The notes under the pieces were generated by a model. It searched no databases. It saw only the letters and a list, made by a program, of their open reading frames with translations, and had not been told where the DNA came from. DNA of 26,077 nt, taken from the IMG/VR virus record IMGVR_UViG_3300032216_001518, positions 1 through 26,077 of that record, one strand, 5' to 3'. Below are positions 1 through 6,054 of the stretch, piece after piece; the first letter of the stretch is position 1, and each line of letters opens with the position of its first letter. The position numbers and the translations under genes are program-made. The DNA comes from a virus. Lineage: Duplodnaviria > Caudoviricetes.

Positions 1-1
1 G

Positions 2-421
2 ACCCCCGGCCCGTGGTGCCGCGCGTACCATGCCGGCTGGGAAGTGGAGGCGGCGCCCAACCAGCGGCTCGCGGACTGCGGGACCATCGGCGCTGCGGCG
101 TCGGATGCGCTCCTGATGTCGGCAGCGCGGGACCTCGGGGCCGACCTCCTCGACGCCCGCGCCCGCATCGACGTCTTGGAGACCCGCGACCGCCTGCGAC
201 TCATGGAGATCGGCATCCTCGGCGACAAGAGGGACACCGCCTTCACCCAGGGCGTGCGGCGGGGGTTGGAGGCGGCGCTGGACGTCGTCAACACGACGAC
301 CAACGCCGCGGACAACCGCCTACGGGCGACCGGCGGCCGGAGGGGCGCGGACGTGTGCGACGAGCTGCGGGCGGTCGGGGACGTGATTGCGGCCGTCAAC
401 CCCGCCAGCGTGAAGCCATGA
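2..421 (+). CDS. Phage hypothetical protein, 5'-truncated by the window (TPGPW-motif, Ead/Ea22-like small protein)
   Basis: The frame is open from base 2: TPGPWCRAYHAGWEVEAAPNQ...DALLMSAARDL. The TPGPW...DAxLIAAAPxL pattern is common in small phage early proteins. Stop TGA at 419-421. Confidence 0.65.
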   Translation, partial: TPGPWCRAYHAGWEVEAAPNQRLADCGTIGAAASDALLMSAARDLGADLLDARARIDVLETRDRLRLMEIGILGDKRDTAFTQGVRRGLEAALDVVNTTTNAADNRLRATGGRRGADVCDELRAVGDVIAAVNPASVKP

Positions 422-479
422 ACCCCGCCCACTACCCCGCCTCCCTCGCCGCGTGGGATGCTCGGCCGCGGTAGGGGTG

Positions 480-494
480 TGCTACACTCACCCC
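480..494 (+). promoter_or_regulatory. Putative extended -10 promoter (TGcTACACT) for a leaderless transcript
   Basis: TACACT at 483-488 is preceded by TG-n and followed 6 nt later by the ATG at 495. There is no SD and the -35 is weak. Confidence 0.4.
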
Positions 495-728
495 ATGGAT
501 CGCCACGTCATCGCCGCAACACTGGTAGCGATGGCGACGCGCCGGGCGTCCATGGCTGACACGCTCGCCGAAGCGGGGCGTGAGGCGCATCGTTCCGCCG
601 GTTGCACCCGCGACCCCGAAGCCGCCCGCGCCCTACGCGCTGCCGGCGACTGGCTTCTTGAGGCCGCGGTGTTGATGCGGCTCCACGGCTGGATCGAGTC
701 CACCGTCGCCCGGCTGTTCGGTCAGTAG
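495..728 (+). CDS. Hypothetical protein (77 aa)
   Basis: ATG 495 (MDRHVIAATL...), helical Ala-rich sequence. Converges on and overlaps the stop of the minus-strand 722-991 gene. Confidence 0.5.
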   Translation: MDRHVIAATLVAMATRRASMADTLAEAGREAHRSAGCTRDPEAARALRAAGDWLLEAAVLMRLHGWIESTVARLFGQ

Positions 729-991
729 GCGGCGACGGCGGCCCGGATGCTCTGCTTGATGCCGAGGGACAGCCCGGTGTAGGCCGACCCCCACGCGCTG
801 CCGGCCGAGGTGTCGAACGACGCCTGTGAGGTACGCGCCGCGGACACGAGCGCCGCGTGGGTGTTGTCGTCCACGTCGCCGAGCTCGGCGTAGTAGCTGG
901 TCGACCCCTTGTGGATCGTCACGCGCCGGCCGGTGACGGTGCCGCTCGCGGCGTGGGGGCCATACACGATGTTGTCGACGGAGTCGCCCAT
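722..991 (-). CDS. Hypothetical protein (89 aa), last gene of the minus-strand block
   Basis: SD GAGG(TTCCC)ATG and protein-like composition. Follows 1001-1225 closely. Confidence 0.7.
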   Translation of the reverse strand: MGDSVDNIVYGPHAASGTVTGRRVTIHKGSTSYYAELGDVDDNTHAALVSAARTSQASFDTSAGSAWGSAYTGLSLGIKQSIRAAVAAY

Positions 992-1000
992 GGGAACCTC

Positions 1001-1225
1001 TTAGCCGCGTGGAGGGAAAGACTGCCCCCGCCGAACCGGCATGGTCCCGCGGGGCTGGCGTAGCATCTCGGCCGCCCATTCGTCGTCGCCGGCCGCCCGC
1101 GCCTCCTGTACCGCCCGCGCCATCTCGCCGTTCGCTGCGATGTGGCCGAGAGCGGTTCGGGCCGGTCGGGGTGCCGATTTGGCGAGCATCTCAGCAACCT
1201 CGGGCGGGAGGTCAGTGGGTGGCAT
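1001..1225 (-). CDS. Hypothetical protein (74 aa)
   Basis: Overlaps the upstream gene end by 14 nt and fills the operon gap. Confidence 0.6.
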   Translation of the reverse strand: MPPTDLPPEVAEMLAKSAPRPARTALGHIAANGEMARAVQEARAAGDDEWAAEMLRQPRGTMPVRRGQSFPPRG

Positions 1226-1712
1226 CGGCCGGCGCCGTAATCGTCGTGGTCGCCGTCGTGGTGGTCGTGCCGGGGTCGGGAACGGTCAGCTCGCGGTGTG
1301 CAAACCAGGCCGTCGCGAGAGCCACCCCGATCCGGGTGATCCAGAAGTCGACCTGCGCCCACATCTTCGTCCGCGCGTTGACCCGGTCCTCATCGGCCTT
1401 CTTCCGCGCGAGTTCGGCGTCTGTGGCTGCGTCGCTCACCTTCGCCGCCGTCGCTTCGGTGCGCGCCTCGATGCGCTCCAAGACCGCCGCCAGCCGGGCG
1501 TTCGTGGCGCTGGCCGCAGCGACCGCGGCCGATGCCGACGCGACGACGCCCGAGAACTCGTCCAGCCTCTTTCCGTGCGCCTCGTGGGCGCGGGCGCTGG
1601 CCTCTCGGCTGGCGACCACCTCGGCCTTGACCTCGGAGAGCGCCGCCGGGAGCTTCGTGGCGGTGTCGAGCGCGAGCTGTACGATGCCGTCGGAGAGGTC
1701 GCTCACGGTCAC
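1212..1712 (-). CDS. Coiled-coil protein with a C-terminal hydrophobic segment (XhlA/holin-associated-like lysis-region membrane protein)
   Basis: Long Ala/Glu/Arg helical region followed by FWITRIGVALATAWFA. GTGA overlap with the upstream gene. The function is inferred from architecture and position. Confidence 0.5.
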   Translation of the reverse strand: MTVSDLSDGIVQLALDTATKLPAALSEVKAEVVASREASARAHEAHGKRLDEFSGVVASASAAVAAASATNARLAAVLERIEARTEATAAKVSDAATDAELARKKADEDRVNARTKMWAQVDFWITRIGVALATAWFAHRELTVPDPGTTTTTATTTITAPADATH

Positions 1713-2131
1713 GCCCCGTAGGCTTTGGCGGCGGCAACCATCGCGGGGTGCGTCGCCCGCCAGATCGGCCCCATCCCGAGCACCGCGTCCGCCTCGGCCT
1801 GCGTGCTGACGACCGTTGCCGCCAACCGACGCGCCTTGCCCCCCGTCAGCGGCAACGCGCCCGACGCGATGTCGGCGCCGAGGGTGGCCGCGACGTGGTC
1901 CACGACCGCGACCGCAAGCGCCTCCTGCTCATGCTCGGCCATCGCCCCGACGAGCGGCACCTTGGACAAGTCGACCGCCTCATCCAGCGCCTCGGCCACA
2001 TGCTGCCGAAGGGGGGCGGTATCGCCACTCCCGACCGCCGCGACGACATCCGCCGGGATGGCCCGGAGCGCGTCCCACGGGATCGTGATCTTGATCTCAC
2101 CGAGGAGGGACAACACGAGCGCGTTCAGCAT
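1709..2131 (-). CDS. Hypothetical lysis-region protein (140 aa)
   Basis: SD AGGAG 6 nt before ATG at 2131 (MLNALVLSLLG...). The longer start at 2200 runs through a promoter region and is unlikely. Confidence 0.65.
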   Translation of the reverse strand: MLNALVLSLLGEIKITIPWDALRAIPADVVAAVGSGDTAPLRQHVAEALDEAVDLSKVPLVGAMAEHEQEALAVAVVDHVAATLGADIASGALPLTGGKARRLAATVVSTQAEADAVLGMGPIWRATHPAMVAAAKAYGA

Positions 2132-2147
2132 GCGGACTCCTGCCCCG

Positions 2148-2176
2148 ACGGTAGCACGTCCCGCGCTCGTTGGCAC
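2148..2176 (-). promoter_or_regulatory. Putative promoter for the 2131-722 gene block
   Basis: Minus strand reads GTGCCA-N17-TACCGT with TG-n (extended -10) upstream of the SD. Confidence 0.4.
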
Positions 2177-2186
2177 GGGGTCGGCG

Positions 2187-2199
2187 TGACAAGGTGTCA
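2187..2199. promoter_or_regulatory. Palindrome TGACA-AGG-TGTCA, candidate operator between divergent promoters
   Basis: Perfect 5-bp inverted repeat in the divergent intergenic region. A TGTTGA direct repeat also lies at 2212-2217 and 2224-2229. Confidence 0.45.
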
Positions 2200-2225
2200 A
2201 AGTGCGGGGGGTGTTGATTTAGATG

Positions 2226-2254
2226 TTGACGCGGGGACGGGTGGCGGGTACAAG
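2226..2254 (+). promoter_or_regulatory. Sigma70-type promoter of the plus-strand island
   Basis: TTGACG (2226-2231), 17-nt spacer, TACAAG (2249-2254), preceded by a locally AT-rich patch. Confidence 0.65.
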
Positions 2255-2300
2255 GAAGGTGCTGGCGGCGAGGACGTCGGCAACCACCACGGAGCATCAC

Positions 2301-2480
2301 ATGGACATGACCCGCACCGACGCCATCGCCACGATCAACGACCAGCTCGGCGGCAACGAGCGGGCGACCGCCGAACGCATGGCGGATGCGCTCCACGCCC
2401 AGCACTCCAACTGGAACTACGTGATCACCGCGGTCAACGAGATGGACCACCCCACCTTCTTTGCACTCGCCGACCAGTAA
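2301..2480 (+). CDS. Small acidic hypothetical protein (59 aa), anti-defence/Acr candidate
   Basis: GGAG SD then ATG 2301 (MDMTRTDAIA...FFALADQ). 9 D/E versus 3 R and no K. First gene after the promoter. Confidence 0.7.
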   Translation: MDMTRTDAIATINDQLGGNERATAERMADALHAQHSNWNYVITAVNEMDHPTFFALADQ

Positions 2481-2551
2481 CCCCCTCCCCGCCCGCCCTG
2501 CCCCGGTAGGACGTGCGGTGAGGTGGCTACCTCAACACCTACGGAGACACG

Positions 2552-2707
2552 ATGAACATCACCGCCGCAGAAGCCCGCTCCATCATCCTCGGCATGCGGC
2601 GCCGGGGTTCCCTTTCCGGTTCGCAGGCCGACGGGTTCCTCGCCGACCTCGACCGCTTCCCCCGCAACGCCGCGCGCATCGTGGCGCTGGCTCGGATGTA
2701 CGCATGA
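2552..2707 (+). CDS. Small hypothetical protein (51 aa), absent from the ORF track
   Basis: CGGAG SD, ATG 2552, MNITAAEARSIILGMRRRGSLSGSQADGFLADLDRFPRNAARIVALARMYA*. ATGA overlap with the next gene. Confidence 0.7.
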   Translation: MNITAAEARSIILGMRRRGSLSGSQADGFLADLDRFPRNAARIVALARMYA

Positions 2708-2907
2708 CCCGCCTCCCCCTCCCCACCTTCGCCGCCGACCACGGCCTCACCTACCGCGCCGCCCTCAACTACGCCGAGCGCCACGGCTACACCATCGGCG
2801 CCTACGACCCCGACATCAACGCCGCCGTCCCCCGCGAAGGGCTGACGGCGAACGAGGCTGCGGACATCGCTGCGAAGGACGCGGATCTCGTGTTCGTGGT
2901 CAAGTGA
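2704..2907 (+). CDS. Small hypothetical protein (67 aa)
   Basis: ATGA-coupled start at 2704: MTRLPLPTF...YAERHGYTIGAYDPD...REGLTANEAADIAAKDADLVFVVK. Confidence 0.7.
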   Translation: MTRLPLPTFAADHGLTYRAALNYAERHGYTIGAYDPDINAAVPREGLTANEAADIAAKDADLVFVVK

Positions 2908-2970
2908 CCCGCATCAACCTACCCCCGCCCGCGCCGCCATGATCGCCGCCGACAAGGCCCGGAGCCCCGC

Positions 2971-3240
2971 ATGACCCCCACCGAAGCCTACCTCCTCAAC
3001 GCCCGCGCCGAGATCGATGCCGCGCTCGCCAGCCTCAACCCATCCCCGCCCAGCCTCACCACCGTCCGCGACCTGATCGAAGCCGCCTGCGCCATCACCG
3101 GCTCCGACGCCGCCACGGCTCGGCGGCTGGGGGTTGCTCGGTCGTGCGTGGCGAAGTGGAAGGCGGGGGAGAACGCGCTGCCGGATGTGCGGCGGCGGCA
3201 GTTGGATGCGATCGTCAACAGCGCGAAGGAGTCGCCGTGA
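2971..3240 (+). CDS. Cro/XRE-type helix-turn-helix protein (Aca-like candidate)
   Basis: GGAG SD. GSDAATARRLGVARSCVAKWKAGENALP matches the Cro/XRE HTH pattern (AxxLGVxxxxVxxWxxG). Confidence 0.75.
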   Translation: MTPTEAYLLNARAEIDAALASLNPSPPSLTTVRDLIEAACAITGSDAATARRLGVARSCVAKWKAGENALPDVRRRQLDAIVNSAKESP

Positions 3241-3409
3241 GTAGCACCATCGCCGCCTGCCCGCTGCCGCAACGCACACCCCCTGCCCCGACGGATATCT
3301 CGCGTGGCACGAATGGGCCGAGGTGATGTCAGCGACGCACCACACGACCCAGTGCCCGACGTGCGGGCTTTGGGCGATCTGGACACCGAAGTCCTCTGGG
3401 GACAAACGC
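3237..3409 (+). pseudogene. Small His/Cys (Zn-ribbon-like) phage domain, apparently frameshifted near 3260 and in frame with DUF1643
   Basis: GTG 3237 (GTGA overlap) reads MSSTIAACP. A -1 shift gives AAATHTPCPDGYLAWHEWAEVMSATHHTTQCPTCGLWAIWTPK, a frame with no ATG/GTG start of its own before 3323. Confidence 0.5.
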
Positions 3410-3919
3410 ATGGACACCCGGCCCTGGACTCGCCCAACCTACCAGCGAACGGCGGTCCTCTCCCCTTGCGGCCTCTACCGCTACACCCTGGAGCGTTGGT
3501 GGAACGCCGAGCGCCCCGGCAACCTCGTAGTGATCGGTCTCAACCCATCGACTGCCGACGCCCTTCAGGACGACCCGACGATCCGGAGGTGTGTCGACTT
3601 CGCGGATCAGATGGGCTTCGGCGGGCTCGTGATGCTCAACGCCTACGGCTATCGGGCGACCGACCCGAAGGCGCTCGCGGACGTGGCGGACTTCACCGGC
3701 CACGAGAACGACCGCTACCTCGCCGCCACGCTCGCGGGCGTGCCCTGGGCGGTGTGCGCGTGGTCGGATCACGTTGCCGCTGTTCGGCGCGACGAGATCC
3801 TGTCCATCTTCCGCGAGGTGGACTGCAAGCCCCGCGTGTTCGGCCTCACCAAGAACGGCGCCCCGCGTCACCCTCTCTACCTGCCCCGGACGGCGCGGCC
3901 CGTCCCCTGGAGTCTCTGA
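3410..3919 (+). CDS. DUF1643 family protein
   Basis: Hallmark motifs SPCGLYRYxLxRxW, IGLNPSTAD, DDPTIRRC, RATDP and TKNGAPRHPLY. The start could be 3410 (GGGGA upstream) or further upstream in the same frame. Confidence 0.9.
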   Translation: MDTRPWTRPTYQRTAVLSPCGLYRYTLERWWNAERPGNLVVIGLNPSTADALQDDPTIRRCVDFADQMGFGGLVMLNAYGYRATDPKALADVADFTGHENDRYLAATLAGVPWAVCAWSDHVAAVRRDEILSIFREVDCKPRVFGLTKNGAPRHPLYLPRTARPVPWSL

Positions 3920-4224
3920 TGGACCGCGTACTGAACGACATCCGCGCCGAACGCGCCCGCCAAGACGCCAAGTGGGGCGTGCAGAACCATCCGGACGGGA
4001 CCGGCCGCAGTGGCGATCCGCTCGTCGCCGAGGTCGTCAAGGCCGACTGCGAACGCGCTGCCCGTGACGGCAAGCTGACGTACCGCCACATCCTCGACGA
4101 GGAGGTTTGCGAGGCGTTCGCCGAGACGGACCACGTCAAGCTCCGCGCCGAGCTCGTGCAGGTCGCGGCGGTGGCGGTGGCGTGGATCGAGAAGCTGGAT
4201 CGGGCGGGTGGGGGCGCCTCGTGA
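3919..4224 (+). CDS. MazG-like nucleotide pyrophosphohydrolase (phage type)
   Basis: TGATG overlap. ERARQDAKWG...ILDEEVCEA...LRAELVQVAAVAVAWIE fits the phage MazG-like all-alpha NTP-PPase pattern (EExxE...ExxQ). Confidence 0.8.
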   Translation: MDRVLNDIRAERARQDAKWGVQNHPDGTGRSGDPLVAEVVKADCERAARDGKLTYRHILDEEVCEAFAETDHVKLRAELVQVAAVAVAWIEKLDRAGGGAS

Positions 4225-4607
4225 GCGCCACCGACCTGCCGGGGTGGAGGTGGGTGCCGGGGATGCTGACGCTGGACGACGAGCGCATCTGCACCCCCGG
4301 CAAAGACGGGTGGTGGACGACCGACGACCTGGCCGGGGACTGCTACGGCGACGCCCCCGACTGCTGCGAGAACGTCGCCACGGTGAAGCCCGGCCAGCCG
4401 GACCCCACCGACCCCGCCACCGCCGGTTGTCTCATGGTCCTCCTCGGCCCCGAAGCCTGGCGCGTGCGCTACAGCCCGTCCATGCACAAGCGGGCGGCGG
4501 GGGTGCCGTGGATCGCCGATCTGCCGAACGACGTGACGGTCCACGCCACCCAGGGGGAGGCGTGCGTGGCGGTGGCCGTGGCGCTTGGGCGTTGGGGTGG
4601 ACCATGA
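4221..4607 (+). CDS. Hypothetical phage protein (128 aa)
   Basis: GTGA-coupled start (MSATDLPGWRWVPGM...PDPTDPATAGCL...). ATGA overlap with the next gene. Confidence 0.7.
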   Translation: MSATDLPGWRWVPGMLTLDDERICTPGKDGWWTTDDLAGDCYGDAPDCCENVATVKPGQPDPTDPATAGCLMVLLGPEAWRVRYSPSMHKRAAGVPWIADLPNDVTVHATQGEACVAVAVALGRWGGP

Positions 4608-4987
4608 AGCCCACCCTCGCCGAGATCCGCGAGGTCCACGCCCGGAGCCTGCCGCCGGCTGGTGCCAGCATTGGCGGATGGCGGGCCGCATACGCCCAAG
4701 ATGTCGGGGCGCTGCTTGCCGAGGTGGAGAGGCTTTCGGCTATCCGCTCGGGCCGCATCCGCGTTGGCATGGTCCACGCCATCGAGGAGGGGCGTAAACC
4801 TGGACGGCCGCGTAAGGACGTGGACGTCGCACGCGCTGCCGAGATGTGGAGCGAGGGAATGTCGGTGAAGGCAATCGCGTTGGCGATGGGGGTCGACCGA
4901 AACACGATCCGGCGGCGCCTGCGTGATCTCGGGCTGGACACGTCGGAATGGGTGGGCATGGACGCGGCCGGTAGGGGCACCCCGTGA
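4604..4987 (+). CDS. DNA-binding protein with a serine resolvase/invertase-type C-terminal arm and HTH, without a catalytic domain
   Basis: ATG 4604. RIRVGMVHAIEEGRKPGRPRK followed by GMSVKAIALAMGVDRNTIRRRL resembles the Hin/resolvase E-helix end, GRPR motif and HTH. Confidence 0.7.
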   Translation: MKPTLAEIREVHARSLPPAGASIGGWRAAYAQDVGALLAEVERLSAIRSGRIRVGMVHAIEEGRKPGRPRKDVDVARAAEMWSEGMSVKAIALAMGVDRNTIRRRLRDLGLDTSEWVGMDAAGRGTP

Positions 4988-5187
4988 CCCGCCCCCGCTC
5001 CGACTCCTACCACCGCCGCGACGCTGTCCCCTGCCCCGCCTGCCGTGGTCGCGCCCGCGTGCGCTGTAGCTGGTGCCTCGGGACCGGCTGCGGGGAGTGC
5101 GAGGACGGCACCGTAGAGTGCGAGGACTGCGACGGGGTCGGGATGGTGGGGGAGGGGTTGGCGAAGGAGATCAGCGACGAGGAGTAG
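4984..5187 (+). CDS. DnaJ-type zinc-finger small protein (67 aa)
   Basis: Four CxxC motifs, several in CxxCxGxG-like form (CPACRGRA, CSWCLGTG, CGECEDG, CEDCDGVG). Confidence 0.75.
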   Translation: MTRPRSDSYHRRDAVPCPACRGRARVRCSWCLGTGCGECEDGTVECEDCDGVGMVGEGLAKEISDEE

Positions 5188-5188
5188 T

Positions 5189-5212
5189 TCGTCCCCGCCC
5201 ACTTCGGGACGA
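5189..5212. terminator. Hairpin between convergent genes (possible terminator, also resembles a CRISPR repeat)
   Basis: TCGTCCC (5189-5195) and GGGACGA (5206-5212) form an inverted repeat. No U-tract. Confidence 0.35.
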
Positions 5213-5241
5213 GGCCGGTACTGACTCCACGACTCGGTGGA

Positions 5242-5352
5242 TCAGCTACGGGGGAGATAACACGCGGTCAGCGCCCCGAGCGCCAGCCCCGCCACCACAG
5301 CGAGGACCGCATAGACCGAGTGGAGGGTCCAACCGGCGGCGGCGAGGGTCAC
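5242..5352 (-). CDS. 36-aa single-TM peptide with a lipobox-like LTAC, directly downstream of the endolysin
   Basis: GTGA overlap with the endolysin stop. Sequence MTLAAAGWTLHSVYAVLAVVAGLALGALTACYLPRS. Confidence 0.5.
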   Translation of the reverse strand: MTLAAAGWTLHSVYAVLAVVAGLALGALTACYLPRS

Positions 5353-5795
5353 GGGGTCGAGTCCGTGATGCGGAAGTGCTGCCCCGACTTGGACGCCGGA
5401 CGCCACGGGGGGCCAAGAGAACAGTGGATCCACGCGGGCGGCCCGCCGTGCCCCTCGATCAGACACTGCCCGAACTTCAGGCCGGAGTCCCTCCAGATCC
5501 ACGTCCACACCTCTTCCAGCGTGTGCCCGTCGACGTGGAAGTCCGCCGCCTCGCCCTTCATGTGCTGCGAGACCTTGGAGCTCCCCGGCGTCGCGTCGTT
5601 CAACGCCTGGCACCGGAAGCCACTGTGGATGACGACCGGCGCCCCGAAGTGCGCGCGGATGGGCTCCAACAGGTCGACGCAGAGCGCCGTGAGGTTATCG
5701 GCGTGCATCAGCGCCTCGTGCTCGTTCTCGGCGCGGAACGCGTCGCGAGAGGTGCGGGAGAGCTCGGAGAGGGTGAAGTGGGGGGAGAGGGTCAC
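5349..5795 (-). CDS. Endolysin, peptidase M15A (Peptidase_M15_3) family
   Basis: LSPHFTLSEL, SGFRCxxLN, SQHxxGEAAD and WIH zinc-peptidase motifs. GGAGG SD before GTG 5795 (alternative ATG 5807). Confidence 0.9.
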   Translation of the reverse strand: MTLSPHFTLSELSRTSRDAFRAENEHEALMHADNLTALCVDLLEPIRAHFGAPVVIHSGFRCQALNDATPGSSKVSQHMKGEAADFHVDGHTLEEVWTWIWRDSGLKFGQCLIEGHGGPPAWIHCSLGPPWRPASKSGQHFRITDSTP

Positions 5796-6046
5796 GGCCA
5801 CCTCCATTCCTTGAACGCGACCGACCCATCGGCGGCCGTTGCCTTGGTCAGATCCGACAGGTAGTCTGGGTGATACGCCGACTCCCCCAGCCCCGCGAGA
5901 AGCGCGTCGTCCCCCGGCCCGTCGGTTAGCACGCGCCCGCTGACGCTGGTGCTGGAAAGCGTGGACGTCACGACGAGGGGTCGCAGCACGGGCGGGTCGT
6001 TCGGCGAGATGTTGACGAGTACAATGCTGCTCACGACGGGGATCAT
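5792..6046 (-). CDS. Hypothetical protein (84 aa)
   Basis: AAGGAG SD and ATG 6046 (MIPVVSSIVL...). GTGA overlap with the endolysin. Confidence 0.7.
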   Translation of the reverse strand: MIPVVSSIVLVNISPNDPPVLRPLVVTSTLSSTSVSGRVLTDGPGDDALLAGLGESAYHPDYLSDLTKATAADGSVAFKEWRWP

Positions 6047-6054
6047 GCGGCTCC

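Noticed and set aside
2195-2200. Perfect TTGACA on the minus strand as a -35 box
   Set aside because: There is no -10 at 16-18 nt spacing. It is better explained as one arm of the palindrome.
2140-5245. Inverted-repeat recombination sites flanking the island
   Set aside because: I found no convincing matching repeats at the two ends, so active inversion is unsupported.
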